Shown here in pieces: positions 36,712-46,981 of a stretch of DNA of 64,000 nucleotides. The notes below the pieces were generated by a model that was not told where the DNA came from, did no database searches, and worked only from the letters and a program-made list of their open reading frames with translations. Numbering within the stretch: position 1 is the first letter of the stretch; each line of letters opens with the position of its first letter. This DNA comes from Bacteroidales bacterium (GTDB lineage: Bacteria > Bacteroidota > Bacteroidia > Bacteroidales > WCHB1-69): contig JAFVNW010000002.1 in assembly GCA_017506175.1 (NCBI GenBank), forward strand, positions 11,636 to 75,635. Reading direction: 5' to 3'. A program made the position numbers and the translations under genes.

Positions 36712-37941
36712 ATGAGACGTGTCGTTATCACAGGAATGGGTATCTATTCCTGCCTTGGGAAAAATTTGGAAGAGGTAAGACAGTCGCTCTATGCGGGCAA
36801 ATCCGGCATAGGTATCGACGAGCAGCGCATCGCCTATGGTTATCGCTCTCCGCTGACTGGCATTGTGGAGCGCCCACAGCTCAAAGGACTGCTTGACCGC
36901 CGTTCCAGAATCTGCCTTGCCGAAGAGGGCGAGTATGCCTACATGGCCACGGTGGAAGCACTGAAAAATGCAGGCATCGATGCTGATTACCTTGAGAAAA
37001 ACGAGGTGGGCGTGCTCTACGGCAACGACTCGTCCGCCAAATCCGTCATCGAGGCGCACATGCACACGCTGGAAACCAAGGATACCACGCTCCAAGGCTC
37101 CGGTGCCATTTTCCAGTCAATGAACTCCACTGTCACGATGAACCTTTCCACCATCTTCAAGCTGAAGGGCATCAACATGACGATTAGCGCCGCGTGCGCC
37201 AGCAGCTCCCATGCCATTGGTTTGGGGCTGATGTTCATCCGCGAAGGGTTGCAGGATGTGATCATCTGCGGCGGCGCGCAAGAGGTCAACTACCTGTCGA
37301 TGAGCAGCTTCGACGCCATCAGCGCCTTTTCAACCCGCGTGAATGACCCGACAAAGGCTTCCCGTCCGTTCGACCGCGACCGTGACGGACTTGTGCCGAG
37401 TGGGGGAGCGGCGACCGTTATACTGGAAGAGTACGAGCATGCTGTCAAGCGTGGCGCCCCCATCCTTGCGGAGGTGGCCGGCTACGGTTTCTCCTCCAAT
37501 GGCGCCAACATCTCGCAGGCCAGCGACTTCGGCTCTTGCATCGCCATGCAGCGCGCTATGAAGGACGCAGGCGTGCAACCCGCTGACATTGACTATATTA
37601 ACGCCCACGCCACCTCTACTTTGCAAGGAGATGCTTTTGAAGCCGACGCCCTCCACCACCTCTTCGGCGAACTAAAAACCCCCGTCTCCTCCACCAAGTC
37701 CATGACCGGTCACGAGTGCTGGATGGCTGGAGGAAGCGAAATCGTATATTCCAACCTAATGATGCTTAACGGGTTCATCGCTCCTAACATCAATTTTGAA
37801 AACCCTGACGAACATTCCCGCTATTTAAATATTGTCAACCAGACCATGGAAAAGAATATCAACCTCTATCTCTCCAACTCCTTTGGCTTTGGCGGTACGA
37901 ATAGTGCACTGGTGGTGAGGAAGTTGAAAGTTGAGAATTGA
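36712..37941 (+). CDS. Beta-ketoacyl-ACP synthase (FabB/F-like)
   Basis: SAACASS, NAHATST, KSMTGHE, SNSFGFGGTN. Confidence 0.93.
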   Translation: MRRVVITGMGIYSCLGKNLEEVRQSLYAGKSGIGIDEQRIAYGYRSPLTGIVERPQLKGLLDRRSRICLAEEGEYAYMATVEALKNAGIDADYLEKNEVGVLYGNDSSAKSVIEAHMHTLETKDTTLQGSGAIFQSMNSTVTMNLSTIFKLKGINMTISAACASSSHAIGLGLMFIREGLQDVIICGGAQEVNYLSMSSFDAISAFSTRVNDPTKASRPFDRDRDGLVPSGGAATVILEEYEHAVKRGAPILAEVAGYGFSSNGANISQASDFGSCIAMQRAMKDAGVQPADIDYINAHATSTLQGDAFEADALHHLFGELKTPVSSTKSMTGHECWMAGGSEIVYSNLMMLNGFIAPNINFENPDEHSRYLNIVNQTMEKNINLYLSNSFGFGGTNSALVVRKLKVEN

Positions 37942-37994
37942 GAATTGAAAGTTGACGATGGGTACATCGTCTTTAATTTGATAAATATTAATTT

Positions 37995-38243
37995 ATGAAC
38001 AGAGAAGAAATTATCGAAACCATTAACAATTTCCTTATAGAGGAATTGGAAATTGACGCTGAGCGCTTGAAAGATGATGCGCGTTTGAGGGAAGATCTCA
38101 AGATTGACAGCTTGGATTTTGTGGATATCGCCGTTATCGTGGAGGAGCATTTCAAAATCAAAATCAAGCCAGAAGAGATGAAGAACGTGAAGCTGCTGTC
38201 GCAGTTTTACGATTATATTGAAAATAAAATGAAAGAGGCGTAA
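37995..38243 (+). CDS. Acyl carrier protein
   Basis: DLKIDSLDFVD phosphopantetheine site; acidic, 82 aa. Confidence 0.93.
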   Translation: MNREEIIETINNFLIEELEIDAERLKDDARLREDLKIDSLDFVDIAVIVEEHFKIKIKPEEMKNVKLLSQFYDYIENKMKEA

Positions 38244-38276
38244 TTATCTCTATTCATTTAGTAATCTAATAATTTG

Positions 38277-39179
38277 ATGTCAAGTCAGCAGTCAGAAGGA
38301 CGGCAGTGGAGTGGTAAGACGGGAGGCGGTAATTTCGGACAGAGATTTTTGTTAAAAGTTTTGAAATCTGTCAATGTCGTCTTCTTTTACCCGATTTTGT
38401 ACTTGGTTGTGCCATTTTATTGCGTTGTCAACCATCGTGCTTTTGGTTGTATCTATGGCTATTTCAGGGAGATACATCATTTTTCAGCATGGAAGTCCTT
38501 TTGGAGCACCGTTCGGAACCATCTGATATTCGGGCGGGTTGTATTGGACCGTTTTGCCATTCTGGCAGGGAATTCGAAGCAGTTCAAGATTGAAGTGGAG
38601 GGGCAGGAGGTATTCACCCAGATGCTGGATTCTCCTCTCGGAATGATTGTGGCGGGTTCCCATGTTGGCAATTTCGAGTTGGTGGGGCATTTTTTCCATC
38701 AGGATAAAAAGACCATCAACGCGATCGTTTTCGGCGGGGAGCGGGCTGGCTTGCAACGCCGTCGTGAGGCCTCATTTGAGACCCACAATGAGAAAATGAT
38801 TCCCGTAACGCCTGATTTATCGCACATTTTTGCGCTAAAAGATGCCTTGGATCGCGGTGAGATCGCCGTGATTCTGTGCGACAGAATCTGGGGGAGCCGC
38901 AAAACGCTCACGGTGGACTTCCTCGGCAAGCCTGCGAAGTTCCCGTTGGGCACTTTCCTGCTCGCCGCCCAGATGGACGTTCCAGTCGTTTCTCTGATTG
39001 CCGTGAAGGAGCGTGGTACCCGTTATCACGGCTTCGTCAAGCGGTTCGACTCTCCCGACCCGCAGTTGTCGGTGCGTGAGAAAAGTCAGTTCTACGCCCG
39101 TCAGTATGCTGAAAATCTGCAAGATATCCTGCGGAAATATCCGGAACAATGGTTTAATTTTTACGATTTCTGGGCTTAA
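38277..39179 (+). CDS. LpxL/LpxP-family acyltransferase
   Basis: WSGKTGG, HVGNFE (HX4E), DR, FLGKPAKFPLG, YPEQWFNFYDFW. Confidence 0.88.
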   Translation: MSSQQSEGRQWSGKTGGGNFGQRFLLKVLKSVNVVFFYPILYLVVPFYCVVNHRAFGCIYGYFREIHHFSAWKSFWSTVRNHLIFGRVVLDRFAILAGNSKQFKIEVEGQEVFTQMLDSPLGMIVAGSHVGNFELVGHFFHQDKKTINAIVFGGERAGLQRRREASFETHNEKMIPVTPDLSHIFALKDALDRGEIAVILCDRIWGSRKTLTVDFLGKPAKFPLGTFLLAAQMDVPVVSLIAVKERGTRYHGFVKRFDSPDPQLSVREKSQFYARQYAENLQDILRKYPEQWFNFYDFWA

Positions 39180-39181
39180 TT

Positions 39182-40228
39182 ATGGAAAAATCAGAATTCA
39201 TCCCCCATATCCATTGCGAAACAGGCACCCTGCGCAATCTGCTCGCATACGTCGGCTACGACATCAGCGAGGCCATGATTTTCGGCATCGGCAAGGGGAT
39301 GGTTTTCGGATTCTCCACGCTTGTCAGGTTCAGCGGAATCAATTTTATGGTCTGCCGCACTTGGCAGGGATTCATCATCCGTAATTTCATCAAACAGATG
39401 GACCTGCCCATCCAATATCGCCGATATTTCCTGTTGAATAAGAAGAAGGCGATGCGGGATCTGGACGCTTTACTGGGAAAAAACATACCGGTGGGCTTGA
39501 TGACCTCCATCTCCCGGCTCCCCTTTATCCGTGAGGAGTCCAACCGCTTCTTTTTCAACGGTCATAGTGTGCAGGTGATGAGGAAAGAGGGCGGCAATTA
39601 CGTGGTGGTGGACAATTTTTCGCCCGCAGACGAGTACAAGCTGATTGCTGAGGCTGATTTGCGCCATGCGCGTTTCAGCCTGAAAATCCCGCCGATTTGG
39701 GGCGATTACTACTATGTTGAGAGGCTGCCCGACCATGTGAGGCCGATAGAATCGGTCATCACCGACAGCATCCGTTCCACTTGCAAGGTGATGCTCGCCA
39801 AATTCCCCTTCTCCTTTATGGGCGTCAGCGGCATGCGCTATATGGCGTACCGCATCAAACGGAAGGCGAAGCCTGTGCTCACCGCCCACAACCGCAAGTT
39901 CTTCCTCTACATATTCAGAATGCTGGAAATTGGCTCCGGCGGTTCGGGCTATCGCTATCTTTACGCCCGTTTTCTTGAAGAGGCGGGGAAGACACTTCAT
40001 TCCGACGAATTGTGCCAAATGGCCGAGGAGATGGTGAATATCGGCGACCAATGGCGCAGAATTTCCATCATCGCTGGCAAATTAGCGCGCGACGGCGCAG
40101 CCGATTGTGTGCCCTCCGTGAACGAAATCGTGGAAATCGTTTATGAAATCGCCGACATGGAAGAGCGGTTGTTCCGCAAACTACGTGTCATCGTAGATGA
40201 AATTGATCAAAAAAATAATCATAAATAG
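39182..40228 (+). CDS. BtrH N-terminal / DUF4872 domain protein (cysteine-peptidase-like)
   Basis: HCETGTLRNLL, SEAMIFGIG, FNGH, GSGGSGYRYLYARFLEEA. Confidence 0.78.
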   Translation: MEKSEFIPHIHCETGTLRNLLAYVGYDISEAMIFGIGKGMVFGFSTLVRFSGINFMVCRTWQGFIIRNFIKQMDLPIQYRRYFLLNKKKAMRDLDALLGKNIPVGLMTSISRLPFIREESNRFFFNGHSVQVMRKEGGNYVVVDNFSPADEYKLIAEADLRHARFSLKIPPIWGDYYYVERLPDHVRPIESVITDSIRSTCKVMLAKFPFSFMGVSGMRYMAYRIKRKAKPVLTAHNRKFFLYIFRMLEIGSGGSGYRYLYARFLEEAGKTLHSDELCQMAEEMVNIGDQWRRISIIAGKLARDGAADCVPSVNEIVEIVYEIADMEERLFRKLRVIVDEIDQKNNHK

Positions 40229-40245
40229 TTTAATCATAAATAGTT
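40216..40245 (+). repeat. Perfect 15-bp tandem duplication immediately before a start codon
   Basis: taatcataaatagtt x2, then ATG 40246. Confidence 0.95.
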
Positions 40246-41328
40246 ATGGAACTTAATCCCCCGTTAAAAGATTTTTATTCCAAAGAACGCTTCAGTGCGG
40301 TGCAGGCTCAACGGCTCGCACAGGAAATAGCATTTGCTCCCGTTGTGTTCCAGGTGTCGCGCCTGATGGTCAAGTTCGGCATTTTCCGTATGCTTGACGA
40401 TTGTAAGGAGGGAATGACCATCGACGAAGTCGCTCAAAAGGCGAACCTCTCGCGTTATGGTGCGCAGGTGCTGCTCGAATCGTCGCTCACCATCGGGACG
40501 GTACTGCTCCAAAACGGTCGTTTTGTCTTGGCAAAGGCCGGCTGGTTTTTGCTCAATGACAAAATGGCTCAAGTGAACATGGATTTCAATCAGGATGTCA
40601 ACTACTTGGGACTCTTCAAGTTGGAAGAATCGATATTGAATGGGAAGCCCGAGGGGCTGAAGGTGTTCGGCGATTGGCCGACGATCTATGAGGGGTTGTC
40701 GCAACTGCCGGCGCAGGTTCAGAAAAGTTGGTTCGGTTTTGACCATTTCTATTCCGACAACTCCTTTGATCAGGCTTTGCAGATTGTGTTCTCGAAGAAG
40801 CCAAAGACCTTGTTGGATGTGGGGGGCAATACGGGTCGTTGGGCGACGCAATGCGTTGAGTATGACCAAGATGTTAAAGTTACCATTATGGATTTGCCCC
40901 AGCAGTTGGAGATGATGAGAAAGGCGACCGCCAACACGAAAGGCGCCGACCGCATCTCCGGACATGCCGGCAATGTGCTGGACGAACAAACCGCTTTCCC
41001 CAAAGGCTTTGACATCATCTGGATGAGCCAGTTTCTGGACTGCTTCTCGGAAGAGCAGGTTTGCAGCATCCTCAGCCGTGCTGCGAAAGCAATGGACGCG
41101 AACGCCCGCCTTTTCATCATGGAGACGTTCTGGGACAGACAGCGTTTTGAAACCGCATCGTACTGCCTTGCACAAACCAGCCTCTATTTCACGGCATTAG
41201 CCAACGGAAACAGCAAGATGTACTATTCCGAGGATATGGTCAGATGTGTGGAGAAGGCGGGCTTGCACGTGGACAAATTCCATGATGGACTTGGCTTGGG
41301 GCATACGATTCTGGAGTGCCGGCTGTGA
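40246..41328 (+). CDS. SAM-dependent methyltransferase (O-methyltransferase family 2, aryl-polyene cluster type)
   Basis: AQEIAFAPVVFQ, LLDVGGNTG, MDLPQQL, WMSQFLDCFS. Confidence 0.88.
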   Translation: MELNPPLKDFYSKERFSAVQAQRLAQEIAFAPVVFQVSRLMVKFGIFRMLDDCKEGMTIDEVAQKANLSRYGAQVLLESSLTIGTVLLQNGRFVLAKAGWFLLNDKMAQVNMDFNQDVNYLGLFKLEESILNGKPEGLKVFGDWPTIYEGLSQLPAQVQKSWFGFDHFYSDNSFDQALQIVFSKKPKTLLDVGGNTGRWATQCVEYDQDVKVTIMDLPQQLEMMRKATANTKGADRISGHAGNVLDEQTAFPKGFDIIWMSQFLDCFSEEQVCSILSRAAKAMDANARLFIMETFWDRQRFETASYCLAQTSLYFTALANGNSKMYYSEDMVRCVEKAGLHVDKFHDGLGLGHTILECRL

Positions 41329-41384
41329 TTTGGCTGTTTGAATTATTTTTGTTATTTTTGCACCCTTAAATTTTGAGGTAAAAA

Positions 41385-41828
41385 GTGAGATCAAGCACGG
41401 TAAAATTTCCGATTTCGGCGCAGCCATTTATTCCCCAGCGTCCACCTATCGTTATGATTGATAACATTTTATCCTCTGATGAAGCCTCCTTTGAAACGGA
41501 TTTGCTCATCAGGGAGGACAATGTTTTTGTGGATGGCGGATTGTTCCGCGAATGCGGTCTGATGGAGAATATTGCGCAAACCTGTGCCGCCTTTATCGGC
41601 TTCTCCTTGGAGGATGATAACGTGCCCATCGGGGTCATCGGCGGCATCAAGGATTTTTCCGTCGCGACGCTCCCATCTGTAGGCACAACCATCCGAACGC
41701 GAATTCATGCTATCGCCGCTATTGACCTTGCCAAGGTTGTGGCAGCAGAAGTTATTTTTAATGAGCAAGTTATCGCGACTTGCACCATGAAGGTCTTTAT
41801 AGCCCCAGATAGTGATGAACGAATATAG
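41385..41828 (+). CDS. Hotdog-fold 3-hydroxyacyl-ACP dehydratase-like protein
   Basis: IPQRPPIVMID, GLMENIAQTCAA, IGVIGGIK; start uncertain. Confidence 0.78.
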   Translation: MRSSTVKFPISAQPFIPQRPPIVMIDNILSSDEASFETDLLIREDNVFVDGGLFRECGLMENIAQTCAAFIGFSLEDDNVPIGVIGGIKDFSVATLPSVGTTIRTRIHAIAAIDLAKVVAAEVIFNEQVIATCTMKVFIAPDSDERI

Positions 41829-42249
41829 CCGAAAACAACTCACCGCAGAGAAGGTCTTTGATGTGCGATTCAGCGAAGTGGACTCGATGAGCATCGTGTG
41901 GCACGGCTCATATGCCCTCTATTTTGAAGATGCTCGCGAAGAGTTCGGCAGAAAATACAATCTGGAGTATTTGACCATTTTTGAAAACGGCTTTTATGCG
42001 CCATTAGTTGAACTTCATTTCGACTATAAAAAACCGTTGCAATATCAGGAAAGCGCGAAGGTGGTCATTTCCTACCGCCCTGTCGATGCCGCGAAACTCA
42101 TTTTTGACTATGCAATCTATAGCCTAAAAACCAATGAGTTGGTCGCAACGGGGTACTCAGTTCAAGTTTTTCTTGACAGAAATCACCAGCTCTCTTTTGC
42201 TACTCCCGAATTTTTTTTGGATTGGAAACGTAAAAATGGTGTCCTATGA
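41815..42249 (+). CDS. Acyl-CoA/ACP thioesterase (4HBT family)
   Basis: VRFSEVDSMSIVWHGSYALYFEDARE. Confidence 0.9.
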   Translation: MNEYSRKQLTAEKVFDVRFSEVDSMSIVWHGSYALYFEDAREEFGRKYNLEYLTIFENGFYAPLVELHFDYKKPLQYQESAKVVISYRPVDAAKLIFDYAIYSLKTNELVATGYSVQVFLDRNHQLSFATPEFFLDWKRKNGVL

Positions 42250-43400
42250 TTTGTAGCATCGGTGATAACATCTTGTCTCCTTTGGGATTCACTTCCGCAG
42301 AAAACTGGAACGCTGTTTGTAGCGGGCACTCCGCTCTGAAGCGGTATTCCGACCATTTTGACCTTCCCGAACCGTTTTGCGCTTCATTGTTGGATTGGGA
42401 AAAAGTGGAGGAAAAGTTTGCGCAACTTCCTAATAATCACTTGGAAAACTATACTCGTTTAGAGAAAATCTCCATTCTTTCCGCAGCCGATGCCTTCCAG
42501 AAAGCAGGCATCAATCCCGCAGCGGAAGATGTGCTTTTTGTGCTTTCCACTACCAAGGGCAATGTGGAACTGCTCCAGGACTTGCATGACTATGAGCCTT
42601 CACGCCCATACCTTTGGCGTTCCGCACAGCTGATTTCCCGTTATTTTGGCAATGCCAACGAACCGATTGTCGTCAGCAATGCCTGCATTTCGGGCTGCGC
42701 TGCACTTCACCTCGTGAAACCGCTACTTCAAAAACACGGCTTCCGCTATGTGGCTGTCATCGGTGCCGATGTGCTGTCGAAGTTCATCATCTCCGGCTTC
42801 CAGTCGTTCAAGGCATTGTCGCCCGACTTCTGCAGGCCGTTTGATGCCGACCGCACCGGGCTCAATCTCGGAGAAGCGGCCGCTACCATCATCTTCACCG
42901 AAATGGCTGAAACAAAGCGGAATACAATCGGGATTGTCGCTTCTGCGCTTTGCAACGACGCCAATCACATCTCCGCCCCCTCGCGTACTGCCGAAGGACT
43001 GCTGAAAACACTGAGAAGTGTGATGGCCGCTGAAAAAAATCTTTCCGCTTCCGACATCGCCTTCGTCAATGCACATGGTACGGCCACGCGATATAACGAC
43101 GACATGGAGTCGGTCGCTTTGGATAGAATGGGATGGAACAAGTTGACTGTCAATAGTTTGAAAGGATACTTCGGCCATACGTTGGGTGCGGCTGGCGTGC
43201 TGGAAACCGTTATCTCTTCACACGAATTGCTGAACGGACAGATTCTGCCAACCATCGGAACTCAAAATCCTGGAACGGCGGCGGAAATCCATGTCGCACT
43301 TCAACCAGAAAAAACCGACAAACCTCTGTTTGTTAAGATGATATCCGGATTCGGCGGCAGCAATGCGGCTGTTTTGTTCACTAAATTCCTTGCCGTATGA
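42246..43400 (+). CDS. Beta-ketoacyl synthase
   Basis: VSNACISG, NAHGTAT, GHTLGAAG, SGFGGSN. Confidence 0.9.
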   Translation: MICSIGDNILSPLGFTSAENWNAVCSGHSALKRYSDHFDLPEPFCASLLDWEKVEEKFAQLPNNHLENYTRLEKISILSAADAFQKAGINPAAEDVLFVLSTTKGNVELLQDLHDYEPSRPYLWRSAQLISRYFGNANEPIVVSNACISGCAALHLVKPLLQKHGFRYVAVIGADVLSKFIISGFQSFKALSPDFCRPFDADRTGLNLGEAAATIIFTEMAETKRNTIGIVASALCNDANHISAPSRTAEGLLKTLRSVMAAEKNLSASDIAFVNAHGTATRYNDDMESVALDRMGWNKLTVNSLKGYFGHTLGAAGVLETVISSHELLNGQILPTIGTQNPGTAAEIHVALQPEKTDKPLFVKMISGFGGSNAAVLFTKFLAV

Positions 43401-44038
43401 AGAATTTGAAGATACTTTCCTATTCCCGAATTACGGATGATTTTGTGAGTCTGAACGGCGATTTGATTTTGCGTCGTTCCGCTTCCGATGAGCCAAATAA
43501 TGTTGCAAGGCATTGGTTGTCAGAGATTTATAGCAAAATTGGGATGGAGTATCCCAAGTTCTTCAAGATGGACCTGCTTTGCAAGGCCGGTACAATGGCC
43601 GCCGAGTTGGTGATGCGGAGTCTGAATATGGTGAATGACGAGGTGAAAGAGAATTGGGCGGTGCTCTGTTTCAATGCTGCTGGCTCCTTGGATGACGACC
43701 GCACCTATCAACAGACCATTCAGACGAAGGAGAACTTCTTCCCGAGCCCGGCGGTTTTCGTCTATACTTTGGCGAATATCGTTTCAGGCGAGATCGCCAT
43801 CCGCCATCATCTGAGAGGCGAGTCATCGTGTTTCGTGCTCGAAGATTTTTCGGCGCCTGTGATCAGTCGCGCATTTGAAGATGCTTTGGACACGGCGGAT
43901 TTTGGGCTGGGCGGCTGGATTGAATTTGACAAGGGGCATTGCGATGTGCTGATTTGTGCCGTTGGCACAGGCAATCAAGCGGAATTAACAGACTTTTCCG
44001 CAGAAAACCTGAATTCTATTTATCAAAAAAAATATTAA
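43397..44038 (+). CDS. Short ketosynthase-like / chain-length-factor partner
   Basis: YPKFFKMDLLCK, FPSPAVFVYTLANIVSGEIAIRH; N-terminal KS half only. Confidence 0.75.
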   Translation: MKNLKILSYSRITDDFVSLNGDLILRRSASDEPNNVARHWLSEIYSKIGMEYPKFFKMDLLCKAGTMAAELVMRSLNMVNDEVKENWAVLCFNAAGSLDDDRTYQQTIQTKENFFPSPAVFVYTLANIVSGEIAIRHHLRGESSCFVLEDFSAPVISRAFEDALDTADFGLGGWIEFDKGHCDVLICAVGTGNQAELTDFSAENLNSIYQKKY

Positions 44039-44041
44039 AAC

Positions 44042-44299
44042 ATGGATCAATTAATTGAAGAATTAAAGAAAGAAATTATTGAAGTCTTGAATCTGGAAGA
44101 TAAAAAGCCGGAGGACATAGATGAAAATGCGCCCCTGTTTGGTGGCGAAACAGGTCTGGATTCAATCGATGCTTTGGAGTTGATTGTCATGATGGAGAAG
44201 AATTATGGCATCAAATTGCAAAATGCCGCAGAAGGCAAGGAGATTTTCAAGTCTGTTCGCACGATGGCCGAATATATCAAAGAACATAGAACCAAATAG
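44042..44299 (+). CDS. Acyl carrier protein
   Basis: PLFGGETGLDSIDALEL. Confidence 0.93.
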   Translation: MDQLIEELKKEIIEVLNLEDKKPEDIDENAPLFGGETGLDSIDALELIVMMEKNYGIKLQNAAEGKEIFKSVRTMAEYIKEHRTK

Positions 44300-44302
44300 T
44301 TG

Positions 44303-45511
44303 ATGGACGGAATTGTTGTTACAGGAATGGGCGTGATTTCGGCTCTCGGCAGGGGTGTGGAGCAGACTGCATCCATGCTGCTGCAGGAAAAGTCCGGTGT
44401 GGATAAAATGCGGATTTTGAAGTCGAAATACACCTCTTTGCCTGTGGGTGAAGTGCATGAAACCACGGAGGAACTCCTTGATTCCCTGCATTATCGCCGC
44501 GACAAGGTGATTACACGTACCACTTTGCTGGGGCAGGTTGCCCTGCTTGAGGCTACACAAATGGCCAAGCTGCAGAAAGGTCTGCTTGAGGGCAAGCGTG
44601 TGGCTTTCATTTCTGCCACGACCGTTGGCGGTATGGAAAAAAGTGAGCAACTTTATCACGATTTTCTATATGGGACCGAGCATAGCGAGTACATCGCGCT
44701 TCACGATTGCGGCGCTTGCACGAATATGATTGCGGAAATCACGGAGCAGGATATTCACTATTCGATGTTGACGACGATCTCGACAGCTTGTTCGTCAGCG
44801 GCAAATGCTTTCTTGCTTGCCGCGAATCTGCTTCGCACGGGCCGGGCCGATATCGTGGTAGCTGGCGGTACGGAATGCCTTAGCAAGTTTCACCTCGATG
44901 GTTTCAATTCCCTTATGATTTTGGATGATGAGGTTTGCAAGCCGTTCGACAAAAACCGCAAGGGTATCAATTTGGGCGAAGCGGCTGCTTATCTGGTTCT
45001 GGAAAGCCCCCAAACCGCGCAAGAGCGCGGTGTAGCACCACTCTGCCGTTATGCAGGCGGAGGCAACCGTTGCGATGCCTATCACCAGACTGCCTCTTCT
45101 CCGAATGGCGAGGGCGCCTATCAGTCGATGATTCAGGCACTCGAAGAGGCTGGACTTCAGCCATCGGACATTGACTACATCAATGCGCATGGCACGGGCA
45201 CTGCGAACAACGATGAGACTGAAGGATTTGCCGTGATGCGCGTTTTTGGCGACCGCGTGCCACCCATCTCCTCCACCAAGGCTTTCACCGGACATTCCAC
45301 GAGCGCCGCCGGCGCTCTCGAAGCCGTGATCTCTATCCTTGCCCTTACTCGCAATTTCATTCCTGTCAGCTTGAACTTCAAAGAAAAAATTGACTCTCTG
45401 AACTTTACCCCCGTCACGCAGACCATTCGCAACGCAAAACTCCGTCACGTGATGACCAACTCTTTTGGCTTCGGCGGCAATGACACCTCCTGTATCTTTT
45501 CAAAATTGTAG
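44303..45511 (+). CDS. Beta-ketoacyl-ACP synthase (aryl-polyene KS)
   Basis: STACSSAANA, NAHGTGT, GHSTSAAG, NSFGFGGND. Confidence 0.92.
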   Translation: MDGIVVTGMGVISALGRGVEQTASMLLQEKSGVDKMRILKSKYTSLPVGEVHETTEELLDSLHYRRDKVITRTTLLGQVALLEATQMAKLQKGLLEGKRVAFISATTVGGMEKSEQLYHDFLYGTEHSEYIALHDCGACTNMIAEITEQDIHYSMLTTISTACSSAANAFLLAANLLRTGRADIVVAGGTECLSKFHLDGFNSLMILDDEVCKPFDKNRKGINLGEAAAYLVLESPQTAQERGVAPLCRYAGGGNRCDAYHQTASSPNGEGAYQSMIQALEEAGLQPSDIDYINAHGTGTANNDETEGFAVMRVFGDRVPPISSTKAFTGHSTSAAGALEAVISILALTRNFIPVSLNFKEKIDSLNFTPVTQTIRNAKLRHVMTNSFGFGGNDTSCIFSKL

Positions 45512-45549
45512 CGTTGTCAATGGTTCACCAATCACACTTCACCAACAAT

Positions 45550-46626
45550 ATGAGCATTTATATACAATCTGTATCGCAAATCTCTGTACAAAAACCACTT
45601 ACGGAAGAATGGTTTGATAATCCCATCCTGCCGAAAGAGGCTTTCGCCCAGTCAATCGAGCCTGACTACAAGCAGTTTATTCCACCTGCGGAGTCAAGAA
45701 GAATGGGGCGTTTGATTAAGCGGGCCATCACCACCTCTCTTTCGGCATTGAAAAAAGGCGGTTGTGAAATGCCCGACGCGATCATCTCCGGTACCGGACT
45801 CGGCTGTATTGAAAACACCGAAAAGTTCCTCAATGCAGTGATTGACAACGATGAAGAGTGTTTGCCCCCCACCGCTTTCATGCAGTCAACGCATAACACC
45901 ATCAGTTCTCAAATCGCCATTCGCCTGCATTGTCATGGCTACAACAGCACTTATTCCAATCAGGGGACTTCGTTTGATAGCGCGTTGTTGGATGCTTTCA
46001 TTCAGTTGCAGTTGGGGCAAATCCGCTCGGCCCTTGTCGGCGGGCATGATGAAATGACTCCCGATTATTTCAATATGCTGTCGAAAATCAATTATTGGCG
46101 CAAAGAGGATGTCAATGTGGATATGATGAGACAGTGCGACAAAGAAATCAACTCGTTTTCAGGAAGTTGTTCTTTGAGTATGCTCGTTGGAACCGACCAC
46201 ACGGAAAACACGCTTTGTAGGCTTGCCGATATTGAGCTCTTCCATTCTCCCATGCCTTCCCAAATCAGGGACTCTCTATTCAAAATGTTGCACGCCAACA
46301 AGCTCACGCTCTCTGATGTGGATGCGGTGGTGGCCAGTTATAGCGGGAACCCCAATGTGGATCGTTATGTCGGCCACTATTTGACACAGGCGATGTCTGA
46401 ATTTCCTGTCATTTGGTATAAACACTTGTTTGGGGAATCCTTCTGCTCTTCAGCATTCGGCATATACGTTGCTGCGATGTGCTTACATAAGAGATTGATC
46501 CCGAAACTATTATTGTATAATCCAAAGGATGCTGAAATAAAAAATCCGAAGAACATCCTCGTTTTCAATTATTTCGGTTGGAATCCTTCGCAACCTAATG
46601 TTTCACTTTCTCTTTTATCAATATGA
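45550..46626 (+). CDS. Ketosynthase chain-length factor
   Basis: RRMGRLIK, GTGLGCIENTEKFL, PTAFMQSTHNT; the catalytic Cys motif is not evident. Confidence 0.82.
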   Translation: MSIYIQSVSQISVQKPLTEEWFDNPILPKEAFAQSIEPDYKQFIPPAESRRMGRLIKRAITTSLSALKKGGCEMPDAIISGTGLGCIENTEKFLNAVIDNDEECLPPTAFMQSTHNTISSQIAIRLHCHGYNSTYSNQGTSFDSALLDAFIQLQLGQIRSALVGGHDEMTPDYFNMLSKINYWRKEDVNVDMMRQCDKEINSFSGSCSLSMLVGTDHTENTLCRLADIELFHSPMPSQIRDSLFKMLHANKLTLSDVDAVVASYSGNPNVDRYVGHYLTQAMSEFPVIWYKHLFGESFCSSAFGIYVAAMCLHKRLIPKLLLYNPKDAEIKNPKNILVFNYFGWNPSQPNVSLSLLSI

Positions 46627-46976
46627 TACGAACTCTCTTATTAGTTTTACTGCAATCCTTTCTGCTGGTCTCATCGCAGGTGTCTCTTAAATTTGCTCTT
46701 CGGAAAATCCCCTCCTTTTCATGGAGTTGGACTTTTTTTAAAGCTGTTTTCAGCTCATGGCCGCTTCTCATTGCAGGAGTTTGTGGTACCGCCGCTTTTG
46801 TAGTTTGGATAATGTTATTGAAAAAGAATGATTTCAGTCTGGTATATCCTTTAACTGCAGTAAGTTACGTGATTGGACTTTGCCTTTCGTTCTTCATTTT
46901 GCACGAAACGATTCCGTTTACACGTTGGATTGGCGTTCTGATTTTGATGGTGGGTGTATATTTTATTATTAAGTAA
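46623..46976 (+). CDS. Small EamA/ArnE-like membrane transporter
   Basis: Four TM helices; FSLVYPLTAVSYV...LHETIPFTRWIG. Confidence 0.75.
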   Translation: MIRTLLLVLLQSFLLVSSQVSLKFALRKIPSFSWSWTFFKAVFSSWPLLIAGVCGTAAFVVWIMLLKKNDFSLVYPLTAVSYVIGLCLSFFILHETIPFTRWIGVLILMVGVYFIIK

Positions 46977-46981
46977 GAAGG

